Of a stretch of DNA of 64,000 bases, positions 44,726 to 55,367 are shown in pieces. Each line of letters begins with the position of its first letter. Position 1 is the stretch's first letter. Position numbers and translations under genes: made by a program. The notes under the pieces are model-generated. The model had not been told where the DNA came from. It worked only from the letters and a program-made list of their open reading frames with translations, and did not search any database. The stretch is taken from contig JAPLJZ010000247.1 of the NCBI GenBank assembly GCA_026388335.1, forward strand, positions 1,233 to 65,232, read 5' to 3'. Origin of the DNA: Deltaproteobacteria bacterium. Its GTDB lineage: Bacteria; Desulfobacterota; Syntrophia; Syntrophales; UBA8958.

Positions 44726-47173
44726 TCAAGGCTGTTTAAACATTGATAGAACAAATTCAAGATTCGTTGATAAAGCACGTGAAGATCCATACAATAAGGG
44801 ATTAGACACCCAATCAGGTGAACCTGCAAATTTATCGACGGCAATTTTCGTTTTCATCATTTCTTGTGTTATATTCTCAATCTGACGGACATTTTGCTGT
44901 GAACCAAGTTTTTTCATAAGAGCCGCTAGTGACAATTTCGTTTCTTCTTTTCCGACAACCTTTGCGGCAGCGTTCAGGTCGCGCAAGACTGTCTCAATAC
45001 TTGTTACGGTTCTTTCAATATGCTCTTTAATAATTGCATCCAAAGATCCTATTTGTATAATTGTCACATCGCCTGCTGATAAAAATACGTCTTTTAACTG
45101 AATCTGTGTTTCTGAGACCGATAATTTCAGAAATGTGTGTCCCAGAACATCAACAGCGTAGACAGGCCGAGAACCGACTCTTATTTTTCTTGCATCAACA
45201 AATAAGTCAAAATTAGTTCTGTCCTTCCCACTATTTAAACAAGTAAACCGTAAGGTATTATTCTCTCCATAGCCAAATCGCTCAACGAAAACGTCAGGTT
45301 TCGAGGAAACAGCATAAGTCAAAGGCTCCCAGCCTGCCCGGGAGGTTTGAACAATTGGCTGTAAATAGTCCCGAAAGAGCTGTTGATCTCTCTTCTGCAT
45401 ATCAGACTTGTAAAATTCATAACGTTGCCAATCGTCACCTTTCTTCTCGGCGCCGCCATTCATCGCAGGATAAAAACCGTAAAAAAGCGAGCGCCCTAAG
45501 TATTGCTTAACCATGTCGTGGTTGAATTTCTGAATTCCCGTCATGAGAAGCAAATATGGTTTCTTATACGAAAAAGCCCGCCGAAAAGAGAGCCGTGAAT
45601 CTGGCTCCGGTGTCATCTGATTTGGCGCTGTCGCCCACCAGACCTCGGTTCCGGGTATATCAATCAAGTGATTATAAAATCCAAAACTTGCCCGCATGGC
45701 GCCATTACACATTGTTAGCAAACCAGCATGAGAAATTGAGGTGTTTAGCCAAGAAAGATATTCATAGTTAGTTAATAAATTGAAAATCGCCACTTTCTTG
45801 TTCTTGCTCGAGAAGGTAAGCGGAAAATCAGTGAACTTGAAATGGTCGCGCCGAAAATTTAGGTAATTACCCGTATATTCAGGAGAACCATCGATATAAA
45901 TACCGTCGTATTTGGCAACATTTTTTAAATATTCATTCGCAGAATACCTGGCCGCGTTAATCCCCTTAGAATTTACCGTCGGCAATTCCGGGGCACAATT
46001 CAGTGGGAACCAGCCACCGTAACTCCAAGATTCGTCCTTAAAAGAGCCTATCACGCGCCCACTCTCATCATGTAATGCGCTTGAAAGGGTGGCGCCATTT
46101 TTATGAGGCCCTGGTTTATTGCCCGTCTCTTTTAAATAGGACAATACATCATCGTAACTATATTTCTTTCCCTTTGGCATATGCAGCCAGAAATCCCATG
46201 GTTCATCATAATAAAAGCTTTTGATGTCGTTCTGCCTATCGAATTCCAATGCCTTCGCGTCAACCGGCTGTTCGTGAAAACCAATTTGAAAATCTTCCCA
46301 GTTAGGAATATCCTCTATTCTGCCAAAATTCTTCCAGATGCCTTCTTTCTTGACACGTTTTTCAAACCATTGAGGGTACATTTCATAGTATTTTTTCAAA
46401 GCCGAACGCATACCCCAAGCAGGTTCATCAATTTTATAAAGTATGAATCTGATTTTTACCGTAGATGGAATCTTGGAATCTTTCGTGAGACCAATATCAT
46501 AACGAATGATCAACTGCTTTGATTGGCTATCATAGATCAAACGATACACAGCGGGGCTATCCATTGGTAGGCCAAGCGCTAATCCTACTTGATCGTTTGA
46601 AATCGCTGACCAGCAGTATCGTGCCATTTTTCCAGACTCGCCTGCAGGAACAGTGACGCTCTCTTCATAAATCTTTCCAGCTTCAATCTTACGCTTTTCC
46701 CTAAGATGGTCATACCAATACCATCCGAGCGCATCGATGGGCAAGGCAAACCCAACTGCCAGCGACCGATCCAATTTTGACAGGGATGTTAACGTCAAAT
46801 CGAACATAATTTTCTTGGCATCGGTTCGGATTTGGGCAAGAAGGTTAAGTTGAAGCGCTGGGCTACTGGCTACAAAGACCGCATCTGTTTTTGAACCTTC
46901 CATTTTGCCTCTGAACCATTTTGTTTCACTGCCACTTGCTATATCCTTGGCATAGAACCCACCGATACCTTTGACCTGCGAGCCCTTGTCATCAAAGTCA
47001 GTGCGACTTACGTTTCCATTTTCATCAAATTGGATCGATAGACCGTCACCGGTTTGTATCTTAATCGCGGCGAAACAAACACCCGCACAAAAAAAGAATA
47101 TGAAGACACTAAAAAGAAGAATACGAAGTTCTTTGTGATTTTTAAAAACGCGATAAATAGAAATAGTATGCAT
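44726..47173 (-). CDS. large (815 aa) N-terminally anchored hypothetical protein
   Basis: ATG at 47173 behind AGGTGG. TM/signal segment LRILLFSVFIFFFCAGVCFAA. Trp/Tyr-rich body (possible glycan-binding or hydrolase-like) with no motif I can name. Confidence 0.5.
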   Translation of the reverse strand: MHTISIYRVFKNHKELRILLFSVFIFFFCAGVCFAAIKIQTGDGLSIQFDENGNVSRTDFDDKGSQVKGIGGFYAKDIASGSETKWFRGKMEGSKTDAVFVASSPALQLNLLAQIRTDAKKIMFDLTLTSLSKLDRSLAVGFALPIDALGWYWYDHLREKRKIEAGKIYEESVTVPAGESGKMARYCWSAISNDQVGLALGLPMDSPAVYRLIYDSQSKQLIIRYDIGLTKDSKIPSTVKIRFILYKIDEPAWGMRSALKKYYEMYPQWFEKRVKKEGIWKNFGRIEDIPNWEDFQIGFHEQPVDAKALEFDRQNDIKSFYYDEPWDFWLHMPKGKKYSYDDVLSYLKETGNKPGPHKNGATLSSALHDESGRVIGSFKDESWSYGGWFPLNCAPELPTVNSKGINAARYSANEYLKNVAKYDGIYIDGSPEYTGNYLNFRRDHFKFTDFPLTFSSKNKKVAIFNLLTNYEYLSWLNTSISHAGLLTMCNGAMRASFGFYNHLIDIPGTEVWWATAPNQMTPEPDSRLSFRRAFSYKKPYLLLMTGIQKFNHDMVKQYLGRSLFYGFYPAMNGGAEKKGDDWQRYEFYKSDMQKRDQQLFRDYLQPIVQTSRAGWEPLTYAVSSKPDVFVERFGYGENNTLRFTCLNSGKDRTNFDLFVDARKIRVGSRPVYAVDVLGHTFLKLSVSETQIQLKDVFLSAGDVTIIQIGSLDAIIKEHIERTVTSIETVLRDLNAAAKVVGKEETKLSLAALMKKLGSQQNVRQIENITQEMMKTKIAVDKFAGSPDWVSNPLLYGSSRALSTNLEFVLSMFKQP

Positions 47174-47175
47174 AT

Positions 47176-48015
47176 TTATCCACCTAAGCCCCATAGTCGC
47201 CTCAGTTTCTTGCGCAGTGGGATCAGTTTTTCATCCCAGAGAAAAGATTCTGGCAAAGAGTGTATTAAACGGTCGATGATATACCTTGTGTATAGCCCTG
47301 CATATATTTTATGGCTGTGTTTATAACTTATAGTTAATGTTTCATGCCACATTTTCCAGCGGCTGTTTTGGCTTTTAGAATTCTGATGCACCCTGAAGGC
47401 GGCCAAGAATTGGTCTATGAAACGCAATGGATAGCACTTGGCAACCTTAATACAAAAGTCGTAATCAGCAGCGTATTTATATGCTGTGTCAAAAAAACCA
47501 ATGTTCTTCAAGGCAGATCTCCGTACAAGCATGGCCCCGGTAAAAATATTGTTTCCATGTCTAATTAGCCGATCATAGTCAGTTAGCCCAGCCCGCAAAT
47601 GATCAACGGGAATACCTTGTTCGGAGAGCCTAACACTACCCCCGTAGGCGAGAGCGCTCTCAGGATGTGCGTTTAATTCACCTACAAGCGTTGAGATTGC
47701 ACCAGGATATAACACATCATCTGCATTAAGGTATCCCAGATAATCACCCTTGGCGTTATGCCACCCTTTGTTGACAGCATCATAAAGGCCTTGATCTGGT
47801 TCGCAAATCCAACCAATTCTTCCTGAATAATCACGCAATATATCCAACGTATCATCGGTGGAGCCACCATCCAGGACAGTATATTCTACCATAGGATAGT
47901 CCTGGGCTAACACACTATCAATGGCTGCGCGGATATATGCACCATGGTTTAGAGATGGTGTTACTATCGAAACCGTGCAAGATGCCGTTGTGGTCGCTTT
48001 ACTAAGTAGAGTCAT
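47176..48015 (-). CDS. GT2 glycosyltransferase
   Basis: VSIVTPSLNHGAYIRAAIDSVLAQDYP...VLDGGSTDDT...LNADD. Confidence 0.85.
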   Translation of the reverse strand: MTLLSKATTTASCTVSIVTPSLNHGAYIRAAIDSVLAQDYPMVEYTVLDGGSTDDTLDILRDYSGRIGWICEPDQGLYDAVNKGWHNAKGDYLGYLNADDVLYPGAISTLVGELNAHPESALAYGGSVRLSEQGIPVDHLRAGLTDYDRLIRHGNNIFTGAMLVRRSALKNIGFFDTAYKYAADYDFCIKVAKCYPLRFIDQFLAAFRVHQNSKSQNSRWKMWHETLTISYKHSHKIYAGLYTRYIIDRLIHSLPESFLWDEKLIPLRKKLRRLWGLGG

Positions 48016-49046
48016 TTCGGTAGTTTGACATATAGATTATGTAAAGTTTGTATTTCTAAGTTGACTATATGCGCAAAATTAAAGGTTCGGGCACTCAGAT
48101 GGGCATTACTTGAAAGTCTTTTTCGCAAATTTGAATCTTTAAGCAAACAATTCAGTGAACCAGCCAAAGCGTCAACATCACCAGGCGGAAATAGAAGCCC
48201 TGTTTCTCCGTCGATAATAGCATCACTATTCCCAGGCACATTGCTTACTATACATGCTGCTCCACAAACCATGGCCTCAATTAGAGACTTTGGGTGTCCT
48301 TCCATTGTCAGCGTGGGCAAGACAAAAATTGCGGCAGACTGCATTAGTTCCAAAACATCGGCATTAGATACACGCCCCTTGAATTGGACATCGGTCAGCC
48401 CTAACGCTTCTGCTTGGGCGCATAGTTTCTCTTCTTCCTCACCGGCACCACAAATGACTAACCGCGCATCAGGGTGGAGAAGCTTCACGCGAGCAAAGGC
48501 ATCTATAAGGACATTTATGCCTTTAATCCAGTTTAGTCGCCCAGCATATAAAATTAAATGATTATTTCGCACAACTTCTTTAGAGGCTAAAGCCACAGAG
48601 CTTAAATCAACCCAATTAGGCAATAAGATTGTCTTTTTTGCATAAACTGTTTGGATTTTCTCCTCAAGCCATTTAGCGGTTACAAGGACAAGATCAGCGG
48701 GCCACAATGCAAGTCTCTCCAAGAGAGGAGCCAACAAGTATTTCAACCCTTTCTTATCATTCATGCGAGTTCCCTCAGCATAATCAAACTGATAGGTCAC
48801 CATCATCGGTCTGCGAGAGAGTATCTTTACGAGAGGTAAAGTCGGGATATTGCTGCCAAATACCTTAATTACACCTTTCATGCGTGGAGCTTTCCATACA
48901 AGCCAGAGGTAAAAAACCAGATGTCGCCAACCAAATGTTTTCGGTAGCCAAGGAACCGGATTATGCGAGACACCTAATTCCTTGGCGTATGCGTCCTCGT
49001 CACATGTATATAAGACCACATCAAATGTTTTGGCATACTCCTGCAA
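48012..49046 (-). CDS. GT4 glycosyltransferase (frame stays open upstream to 49136)
   Basis: EGHPKSLIEAMVCGAACIVSNVPG (GT4 C-terminal motif). The N-terminal ~30 codons upstream of the track TTG look genuine (KPILTIIQSTHASLRGIKEVG). Confidence 0.8.
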   Translation of the reverse strand: MQEYAKTFDVVLYTCDEDAYAKELGVSHNPVPWLPKTFGWRHLVFYLWLVWKAPRMKGVIKVFGSNIPTLPLVKILSRRPMMVTYQFDYAEGTRMNDKKGLKYLLAPLLERLALWPADLVLVTAKWLEEKIQTVYAKKTILLPNWVDLSSVALASKEVVRNNHLILYAGRLNWIKGINVLIDAFARVKLLHPDARLVICGAGEEEEKLCAQAEALGLTDVQFKGRVSNADVLELMQSAAIFVLPTLTMEGHPKSLIEAMVCGAACIVSNVPGNSDAIIDGETGLLFPPGDVDALAGSLNCLLKDSNLRKRLSSNAHLSARTFNFAHIVNLEIQTLHNLYVKLPK

Positions 49047-49166
49047 TAACCTTCTGTGTCTCTCAAGCAGTCCAACTTCTTTGATGCCACGTAATGATGC
49101 ATGGGTTGACTGAATAATCGTTAAAATTGGCTTCGTTATATTCCTCCTGCTTAAAACCTAATGAGG

Positions 49167-50543
49167 TCAAAGGGGCTTCGTTTCATCAATGACAAGTTTA
49201 AACTTACCGGCCTTAGTCAAGGCAATTTTCTCCACTTGCTCAATATCATACTCGATTTTCCCTTCAAGATGCGGGGCTATTTGTCTACGAATTAGGTCAA
49301 GTTCCACTTGAGATAAGTGCGGTGACGCCTGAATCCGGATCGTAATGCGGTTAGGGGTTACTTTGGCGATTTGATATTGTTGAATCTTGGGTAACTGGCT
49401 GATTAGACTGGAGCCAAAAAAGCTGGGAACTAAAAGAGCGCCACCCGTTGGTGTCGTGATCAAATCGGCGGTTCTTCCGGCGATTTTCTTTAATGTTGCC
49501 CAGTGACGACCACAACTGCAAGTTTCATTAGCCAGCACTGCCAGGTCGCCAACTTTATAACGAATGAATGGCATACCATAGTTATCGAGGTTGGTAAGTA
49601 CCAACTCCTTGAACTCATCCCCGCCACAATCGGCGTACTCAACGATTACATGTGGTTCCACAATGTGATAAAACCCGCCCGCTTTGCATTGATAGGCTAC
49701 GCCCGAGATTTCCCCTGATCCATAACCATCATAAACTGGTCCGAAAACTTCACCAATCATTGCGCGTTGAAAATCGTAGACGGTTTCAGCGGTTGTCAGC
49801 ACACCCTTACACGCCAGCCCGCCCACACCAAACTCCTTTGCCTTAAGCGCTAAAAAGTAGATAGCGTTCGGATAGCCATTCAGATAATCAGGCCGCCAGT
49901 CATGGATGGTTTTGAGGGCATCTCTGACGTGCCGGTCGTCAGTGAGCAGATACGCCCCAATCCGCTTGTTCCTATAAGCCCATTGCTTTAGCCGGCTATG
50001 CCATGTCGTCCATTGTTCCTCGACCGTAATACGATTGCCCCATACGGTGACATTACGCGCCCCGAAGCGATAACCAGCCATCTCCCAACCAATACGTTCA
50101 GCACCAAAAGCTGCGCCAATGGCCGTTCTCGTACGATAGCTAACCACGACCTGCCCTGTTGAGCCGCTGGATGCGCCTTTTTTTAAAGTCTCTATACTGT
50201 GGTCGGTTGATATCAAGTCTTGAAGATTTTCAAGGACATCTTTTCTTGTCAAAAATGGCAGCTTTGAAAGATCGCCCGGTTCCCGAATATCATCTGGAAC
50301 GATTCCAGCTTTTTTCATCGTACGGTGATAGTAAGGCACTGTCTGATAAGCATGTTGAATTAGTCGCTTTAACGCCGCTTGCTTATATCTATCGTTTTCT
50401 TCTCGTGACCACCATTGAGCCTTACGATAAAAGCGGAAGAATTTATTGATGGGAACGCGGCGAAGCAAATCCTCACCGGGGAACAAGATGTTATATGCAA
50501 TCAGACTACGCAGCGAAGAAGGCAACATGTATGAACGCCTCAA
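49167..50543 (-). CDS. adenylate-forming enzyme, phenylacetate-CoA ligase / CapK / F390-synthetase-like
   Basis: QHAYQTVPYYHRTMKKAGI...DLSKLPFLTRKDV...SSGSTGQ (AMP-binding P-loop analogue). Confidence 0.7.
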   Translation of the reverse strand: MRRSYMLPSSLRSLIAYNILFPGEDLLRRVPINKFFRFYRKAQWWSREENDRYKQAALKRLIQHAYQTVPYYHRTMKKAGIVPDDIREPGDLSKLPFLTRKDVLENLQDLISTDHSIETLKKGASSGSTGQVVVSYRTRTAIGAAFGAERIGWEMAGYRFGARNVTVWGNRITVEEQWTTWHSRLKQWAYRNKRIGAYLLTDDRHVRDALKTIHDWRPDYLNGYPNAIYFLALKAKEFGVGGLACKGVLTTAETVYDFQRAMIGEVFGPVYDGYGSGEISGVAYQCKAGGFYHIVEPHVIVEYADCGGDEFKELVLTNLDNYGMPFIRYKVGDLAVLANETCSCGRHWATLKKIAGRTADLITTPTGGALLVPSFFGSSLISQLPKIQQYQIAKVTPNRITIRIQASPHLSQVELDLIRRQIAPHLEGKIEYDIEQVEKIALTKAGKFKLVIDETKPL

Positions 50544-51724
50544 TATAATAGTTTCTTGAGAATCGGTGTGGCGCCCACTTGCCTCAACAGTCGTCGCAAC
50601 TGAGCGTATGGCCAGACTTCCCGGTGCGCATTTAATGCATACGTTACGAATAAACGGCTTATTGTTTTTGATTCCCCTACCTGATGTAGGCCCATCCGCA
50701 AAAGACGCGTGGGGTCAGGGCTATCAAACACATTACTGCTACCTTTAGCAGTAGTGGCAACGTAACCAACGTGCAAGGCCATCGCATGTGTATCTTCATT
50801 CCACCCACCGTTAGGCCAACAAAGGTAAGAAACAGGTTTTGAGAGGTGGTTTTCTATGATTTGCTTTGATTCAGCCAATTCATACTTAAGGCGTAAGAAG
50901 TAATCAGTCTCTGTTTCTCGCTTATATACCACTGAATGCTGCTTCGTGTATTGCTGTGAAACTGAAAACAATTCCTGTCTCCAGTCGAATCGGGAAAAGA
51001 ATGCAGCCCCCCCGTGAAGCCTGACATAGTTAACAATATAGTTTGTCAAAGTGCCGTCTTCATCAACACGGCGGGCCACAATAGCTTGCGATGATTCGTA
51101 AACAGGCGTGCCGAAAGACACCAAACCCTCCTGATCTTGCGTCATGTAAAATGGTTTAACCATTTTATCTGCATTCCATTTTAGCCAGATCCAGAAATCG
51201 TCCGGATAGTGAAAATCTACGATCTGATCGGTTATCGGATAAAAGGTGTGAGTCATCGTATGAGACTCAACATCAATAATTCCGCTCTTTTGCATTTCCT
51301 GCAATTCCGCCCATGAAAGGAATCCATCACTAACCAAAGCGGCTGTATCAGAATGGCCTGACCAACAGTCTTCTAAGTTTGGTCGTACATCTGTCTCTCC
51401 CAGGATAAATTCCGGACTGACAAAGATCGTAGCCCGAAACCCATGCTTCCGGAGTAGTGGAAAGGCAAAAACCCAATTGTCCAAATAGCCGTCGTCAAAG
51501 GTCAGACAGACGCTTCGTGCGGGCAAACTTTTGATTCCTTTCTTATGCGCTATTATTTCATCTAACGAAGCCACATAATAATCATTTTTCTTAAAATATT
51601 CTAACTGACGGATGAAATAAGGCAGTTCCAATGTTAAATGGGAATATACCCATTTTGGATTCCTTGCCGGCCGTACAGAATGATACATAATAATTGGTAC
51701 CGGATGGGATTTCATCAACTCCAC
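50540..51724 (-). CDS. polysaccharide deacetylase (NodB homology domain)
   Basis: PIIMYHSV...CLTFDDGYLDNW...ATIFV. Confidence 0.8.
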   Translation of the reverse strand: MELMKSHPVPIIMYHSVRPARNPKWVYSHLTLELPYFIRQLEYFKKNDYYVASLDEIIAHKKGIKSLPARSVCLTFDDGYLDNWVFAFPLLRKHGFRATIFVSPEFILGETDVRPNLEDCWSGHSDTAALVSDGFLSWAELQEMQKSGIIDVESHTMTHTFYPITDQIVDFHYPDDFWIWLKWNADKMVKPFYMTQDQEGLVSFGTPVYESSQAIVARRVDEDGTLTNYIVNYVRLHGGAAFFSRFDWRQELFSVSQQYTKQHSVVYKRETETDYFLRLKYELAESKQIIENHLSKPVSYLCWPNGGWNEDTHAMALHVGYVATTAKGSSNVFDSPDPTRLLRMGLHQVGESKTISRLFVTYALNAHREVWPYAQLRRLLRQVGATPILKKLLY

Positions 51725-52818
51725 TCTTTTACTGTTTCCCGGTACATTCCATCAAGTACCTTCAGGCGGGCTGTCTGGGAAAAATTATTTTCCGTTCTTT
51801 GTTTGGCTTCAGATCCCATTTTTTTTCTCAGGGCATCATCGGCCAATAAAGCTGTGAGACGGTCCGCAAATTGCTCGCAATCTGCAAACGGAACCACGTA
51901 CCCTGTCTCCCCATGAACCACTATCTCTTTGTTTCCCCCCACATCGAATACAACGGCAGGTAAACCAGAAGCATTCGCTTCTAACAGGGCCACAGAGAAG
52001 GCTTCCCGCTCGGAAGTTAACACAAACACATCCATCATTTCGTAGAATTGCGCAATATCCGTTTGCGGACCCACTATGCGAAATATATTAGCCAATCCTC
52101 TTTTTTTCACTTGATTCCTCAACTCTGGAATGTCTGGGCCATCGCCAACGATTAAGAAAATTACATTTGGGATCTTTTCCATAATAATTTCAGCTACAGC
52201 CAGCAGCAGATCCAACCTCTTAACCGGAATCAATCTGCCGACAAAGCCTACTACTATCGCACTTTCGCGTATTTGATGCCTGCAACGCGCTGCGAGAGAT
52301 ATCTGTGTTTTAGCTACGGCAAAGGAACTATAACAATTGTAAATTATGGTTGTTTTTGTCGGGTCTGCATTCTCCCTCTCAATTTTTACCGTCTGGGTTG
52401 CGATACAAACACATGCAATTGTATGCGCAAGCTTGAAAGTGACTGAAACAACGATGCGAAATTTTAGTTCATTAAGCCGCCAAAGCCCTAGGCCATGCTC
52501 CGTGATGATAACTGGAATATTAAGTAATCTACCCACAACAGAAGCCAATAGGTTGGCACCAGTGAGATGCGCATGGATGAGATCGAAACGGCCTTTGCGG
52601 CAAAAAAAGTACAGAGAAACTAAACGGCCAAGCCAGTTTCTGGATGTGATTAAAAATTGAGCAACTGCTGGATTTATCGTGTTAACAAGCCTACCAGTTG
52701 CCCAATAAGCCAAGGTTACATTCCAGTTGTTCGCAGCTAGCAGATTCGCATCCGTTACAACCTGCCGTTCAGCACCCCCGGGGTCAAGAGTTTCACAAAG
52801 CAGCAATATTTTCTTCAT
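51715..52818 (-). CDS. GT4 glycosyltransferase
   Basis: MKKILLLCETLDPGGAERQ... and EAFSVALLEANASGLPAVVFDVGGNKE. Confidence 0.85.
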   Translation of the reverse strand: MKKILLLCETLDPGGAERQVVTDANLLAANNWNVTLAYWATGRLVNTINPAVAQFLITSRNWLGRLVSLYFFCRKGRFDLIHAHLTGANLLASVVGRLLNIPVIITEHGLGLWRLNELKFRIVVSVTFKLAHTIACVCIATQTVKIERENADPTKTTIIYNCYSSFAVAKTQISLAARCRHQIRESAIVVGFVGRLIPVKRLDLLLAVAEIIMEKIPNVIFLIVGDGPDIPELRNQVKKRGLANIFRIVGPQTDIAQFYEMMDVFVLTSEREAFSVALLEANASGLPAVVFDVGGNKEIVVHGETGYVVPFADCEQFADRLTALLADDALRKKMGSEAKQRTENNFSQTARLKVLDGMYRETVKEWS

Positions 52819-52886
52819 TTTGAAATCACTGAGCACGCATTTGGCGCTTTCACATGCTACGATAGAATAATCCTAACCACCTGAAT

Positions 52887-54128
52887 CTAAATTGCTTCTT
52901 CGATCAAGCGAACAATCTTGTCATGATACTCTTTAAAAATATATTTGCGGAACATTTTTATACAATTCTGCTTGTAGCCATTTTCATGTGACAATATCTT
53001 TGTAATAGACTCCGTAATGTCATCAAATTTATCTATACATATCCCGACCTCGTTCCCTTCGATTAATTCTTCGAATCCCATCAATTTTTGAGTAATTATC
53101 GGGACACCAAACTTAAGATAATGAAACATCTTGCCAGATGATAAATCTGGGCACGATAAATTCGTGTTCATGGCTGTATGTGTTCCATCAAAAAATACCA
53201 AACCAATATCGCAGGACGAATATATATCGTCAAGCCGCTCAAATGGCACTGGTTCATTACTTAAGAAAACATTTTTTCTTCTCTTAAGGAGTTGATACAG
53301 CATGTCATTATTAGACAATTTCATTTCTGCTTTTGTGTGGATTACCAACACACAGTCAGATGGCCATGCGGCAATTTGGTTTATCAGTGAGTTTATGCAA
53401 TAAGCTTCGCCATAACCACCTGCATGAAGAACAATTTTCTTGTCTTTCTCTATATTGAACATTTCATTGAAATAATAATTTCTCTTTATTTCTGCAGCAC
53501 CGAGGGGCGAGTTGGGGATTGATAACATAGAGGATAATGGTATTTTGTTTTCCACACTCAGTAAGTTACAGCGCGACTGCCCGAACTCAATCGTATACAA
53601 AGAAAATTTGTTGCAGTATCTTTCAATTTTCTTCACTAATATTTGACCAAAATTTTGAAGGTCCTTCTCTATCCATAGTTCTAATGACCAATAAATTAGC
53701 ACATTATTCGTCCTACGTTGAAGCAAATAAACCGCCGCCAAACTTACCGGATCGCCAGCAATGAAAACATGCCGTTTTTTTTTGTTAGTTTTTAAATAAA
53801 CAGTTGAGACAAAAATTAATGATCTACATAATAGGTCTATTGCATCGCCAAACCCGGATAAGCCTTTCAAGTTAAAGTACCGAAAGACTCTGAAAATACG
53901 TTTTATTATGGCCAATAATAATTTCAGAAAATATGGTATCTTAACTTCGACTAGCCTGAAGTTATCTGAGAAATTAGCCTTATATTTATGATTTCTGTAA
54001 TCCCATATTTGATATACATTTACATCGTACCCTCTTTCAGTCCATAATCGGATAGAATTTCGCCACGGGCTACATTGAAAAATTGATTCATAAAATATTA
54101 CAAAATTTACAGAGGGTTTTTGTTCCAT
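52887..54128 (-). CDS. hypothetical protein, probable GT-B fold glycosyltransferase
   Basis: C-terminal half (KIVLHAGGYGE...SGKMFHYLKFGVPIITQKL) resembles a GT-B nucleotide-sugar-binding domain. Weak call. Confidence 0.4.
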   Translation of the reverse strand: MEQKPSVNFVIFYESIFQCSPWRNSIRLWTERGYDVNVYQIWDYRNHKYKANFSDNFRLVEVKIPYFLKLLLAIIKRIFRVFRYFNLKGLSGFGDAIDLLCRSLIFVSTVYLKTNKKKRHVFIAGDPVSLAAVYLLQRRTNNVLIYWSLELWIEKDLQNFGQILVKKIERYCNKFSLYTIEFGQSRCNLLSVENKIPLSSMLSIPNSPLGAAEIKRNYYFNEMFNIEKDKKIVLHAGGYGEAYCINSLINQIAAWPSDCVLVIHTKAEMKLSNNDMLYQLLKRRKNVFLSNEPVPFERLDDIYSSCDIGLVFFDGTHTAMNTNLSCPDLSSGKMFHYLKFGVPIITQKLMGFEELIEGNEVGICIDKFDDITESITKILSHENGYKQNCIKMFRKYIFKEYHDKIVRLIEEAI

Positions 54129-54238
54129 AGCGAGAAAACTTACATTGACAAATGGTTTTTCAATTTCATACGTATAGGCACCGAACGAAACATAGAGATA
54201 ATGCTGCTACAATCATTGAGGCGTAATCAATATTATCG

Positions 54239-55279
54239 TTATTGGTCACACTCTAAATAGTTTTTCTTAAGAACGTAGGACAGTAGCTCTGGATCGTTCC
54301 GGACCTCATTCCGGTGAAATTCATAGCCATCTAAATATGCCGTTCTAACTTGTCTGCTAATTTTTGCATCTCGGGAAAACCAACATAGTGTCGATGCAAT
54401 TCTTCTCCAAAATGCGCCCAACATTTCCATAAACGATTTCTGTTGTACTTTAAGGCACACCCTGGTAAATTGCTTATACAGATTTTCTGTTGTTTCAGGC
54501 GACGGTTGCAACATCAATCCACCATTATGGCGAATATCCGAAAACGATCTTGAAATACCTTGATTGTAGGCACGGTTGCAAATATATTCAATAGTTAATC
54601 TGCTCGCGGGAATTATATGATACGCAGTGGCACAGGGATCATAATAGGCTCTATAGCCAGCCTTTTTGAATCTGGACATAAGTGCGGTTTCTCCGTCACC
54701 GCGCCATCGCAAGTGCTCCGTCGGCACCCCATCGGGATGAAACCCTCCCAGGCTGAACACTATCTTTTTGGGAAGAAAGCAATTGCCGCCAAATACAAGC
54801 ATTGGATCAATAGGCTTTTTTTCGCCCCCCAAATCAAGTAATCCTAAGTAACCAAAGACTCCATTGCTCGCCATTTTCAATAGCCATTCAGGCGGTTTTG
54901 CCTCCCATTTAGGCAAAATACGGCCAACCACGGCGACCGCTTTGTCGCTTGCGACCATATCAACCCCTTGAATCCAAGTTGGCGCCAAAACCATATCATC
55001 ATCCAAATACCCCACGAAGGAACCTTCTGCCTCGTTTGCGCCGCGGTGCCGCCCATGGTGAAGGCCAAGCCGAGGTTCATGTATATAGCGAATTTTAATT
55101 GGTAGCTCACTCATTTTTTGGTGAACAATTTGCGAGGTTTGATCCGTAGACCCATTATCTATTACAAGTACTTCCCAACGGAACGGTACCGGGTTTTGCA
55201 CAGCAAGTGAGTCTAAAAGGTCTCCGATCCGTTGCGCACGATTTCGCGTTGGAATAATAACAGACAAAAGCAAACTCAT
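54239..55279 (-). CDS. GT2 glycosyltransferase
   Basis: LSVIIPTRNRAQRIGDLLDSLAVQ...IDNGSTDQT...LDDD. Confidence 0.85.
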   Translation of the reverse strand: MSLLLSVIIPTRNRAQRIGDLLDSLAVQNPVPFRWEVLVIDNGSTDQTSQIVHQKMSELPIKIRYIHEPRLGLHHGRHRGANEAEGSFVGYLDDDMVLAPTWIQGVDMVASDKAVAVVGRILPKWEAKPPEWLLKMASNGVFGYLGLLDLGGEKKPIDPMLVFGGNCFLPKKIVFSLGGFHPDGVPTEHLRWRGDGETALMSRFKKAGYRAYYDPCATAYHIIPASRLTIEYICNRAYNQGISRSFSDIRHNGGLMLQPSPETTENLYKQFTRVCLKVQQKSFMEMLGAFWRRIASTLCWFSRDAKISRQVRTAYLDGYEFHRNEVRNDPELLSYVLKKNYLECDQ

Positions 55280-55367
55280 GCGCGTTTAATCGACCCCTTA
55301 CGTGGACATAACATCATTTCATAAAGTCTTCGACGATCTTACTCTTAGGTCCGTGGTTTTTTAAAGT

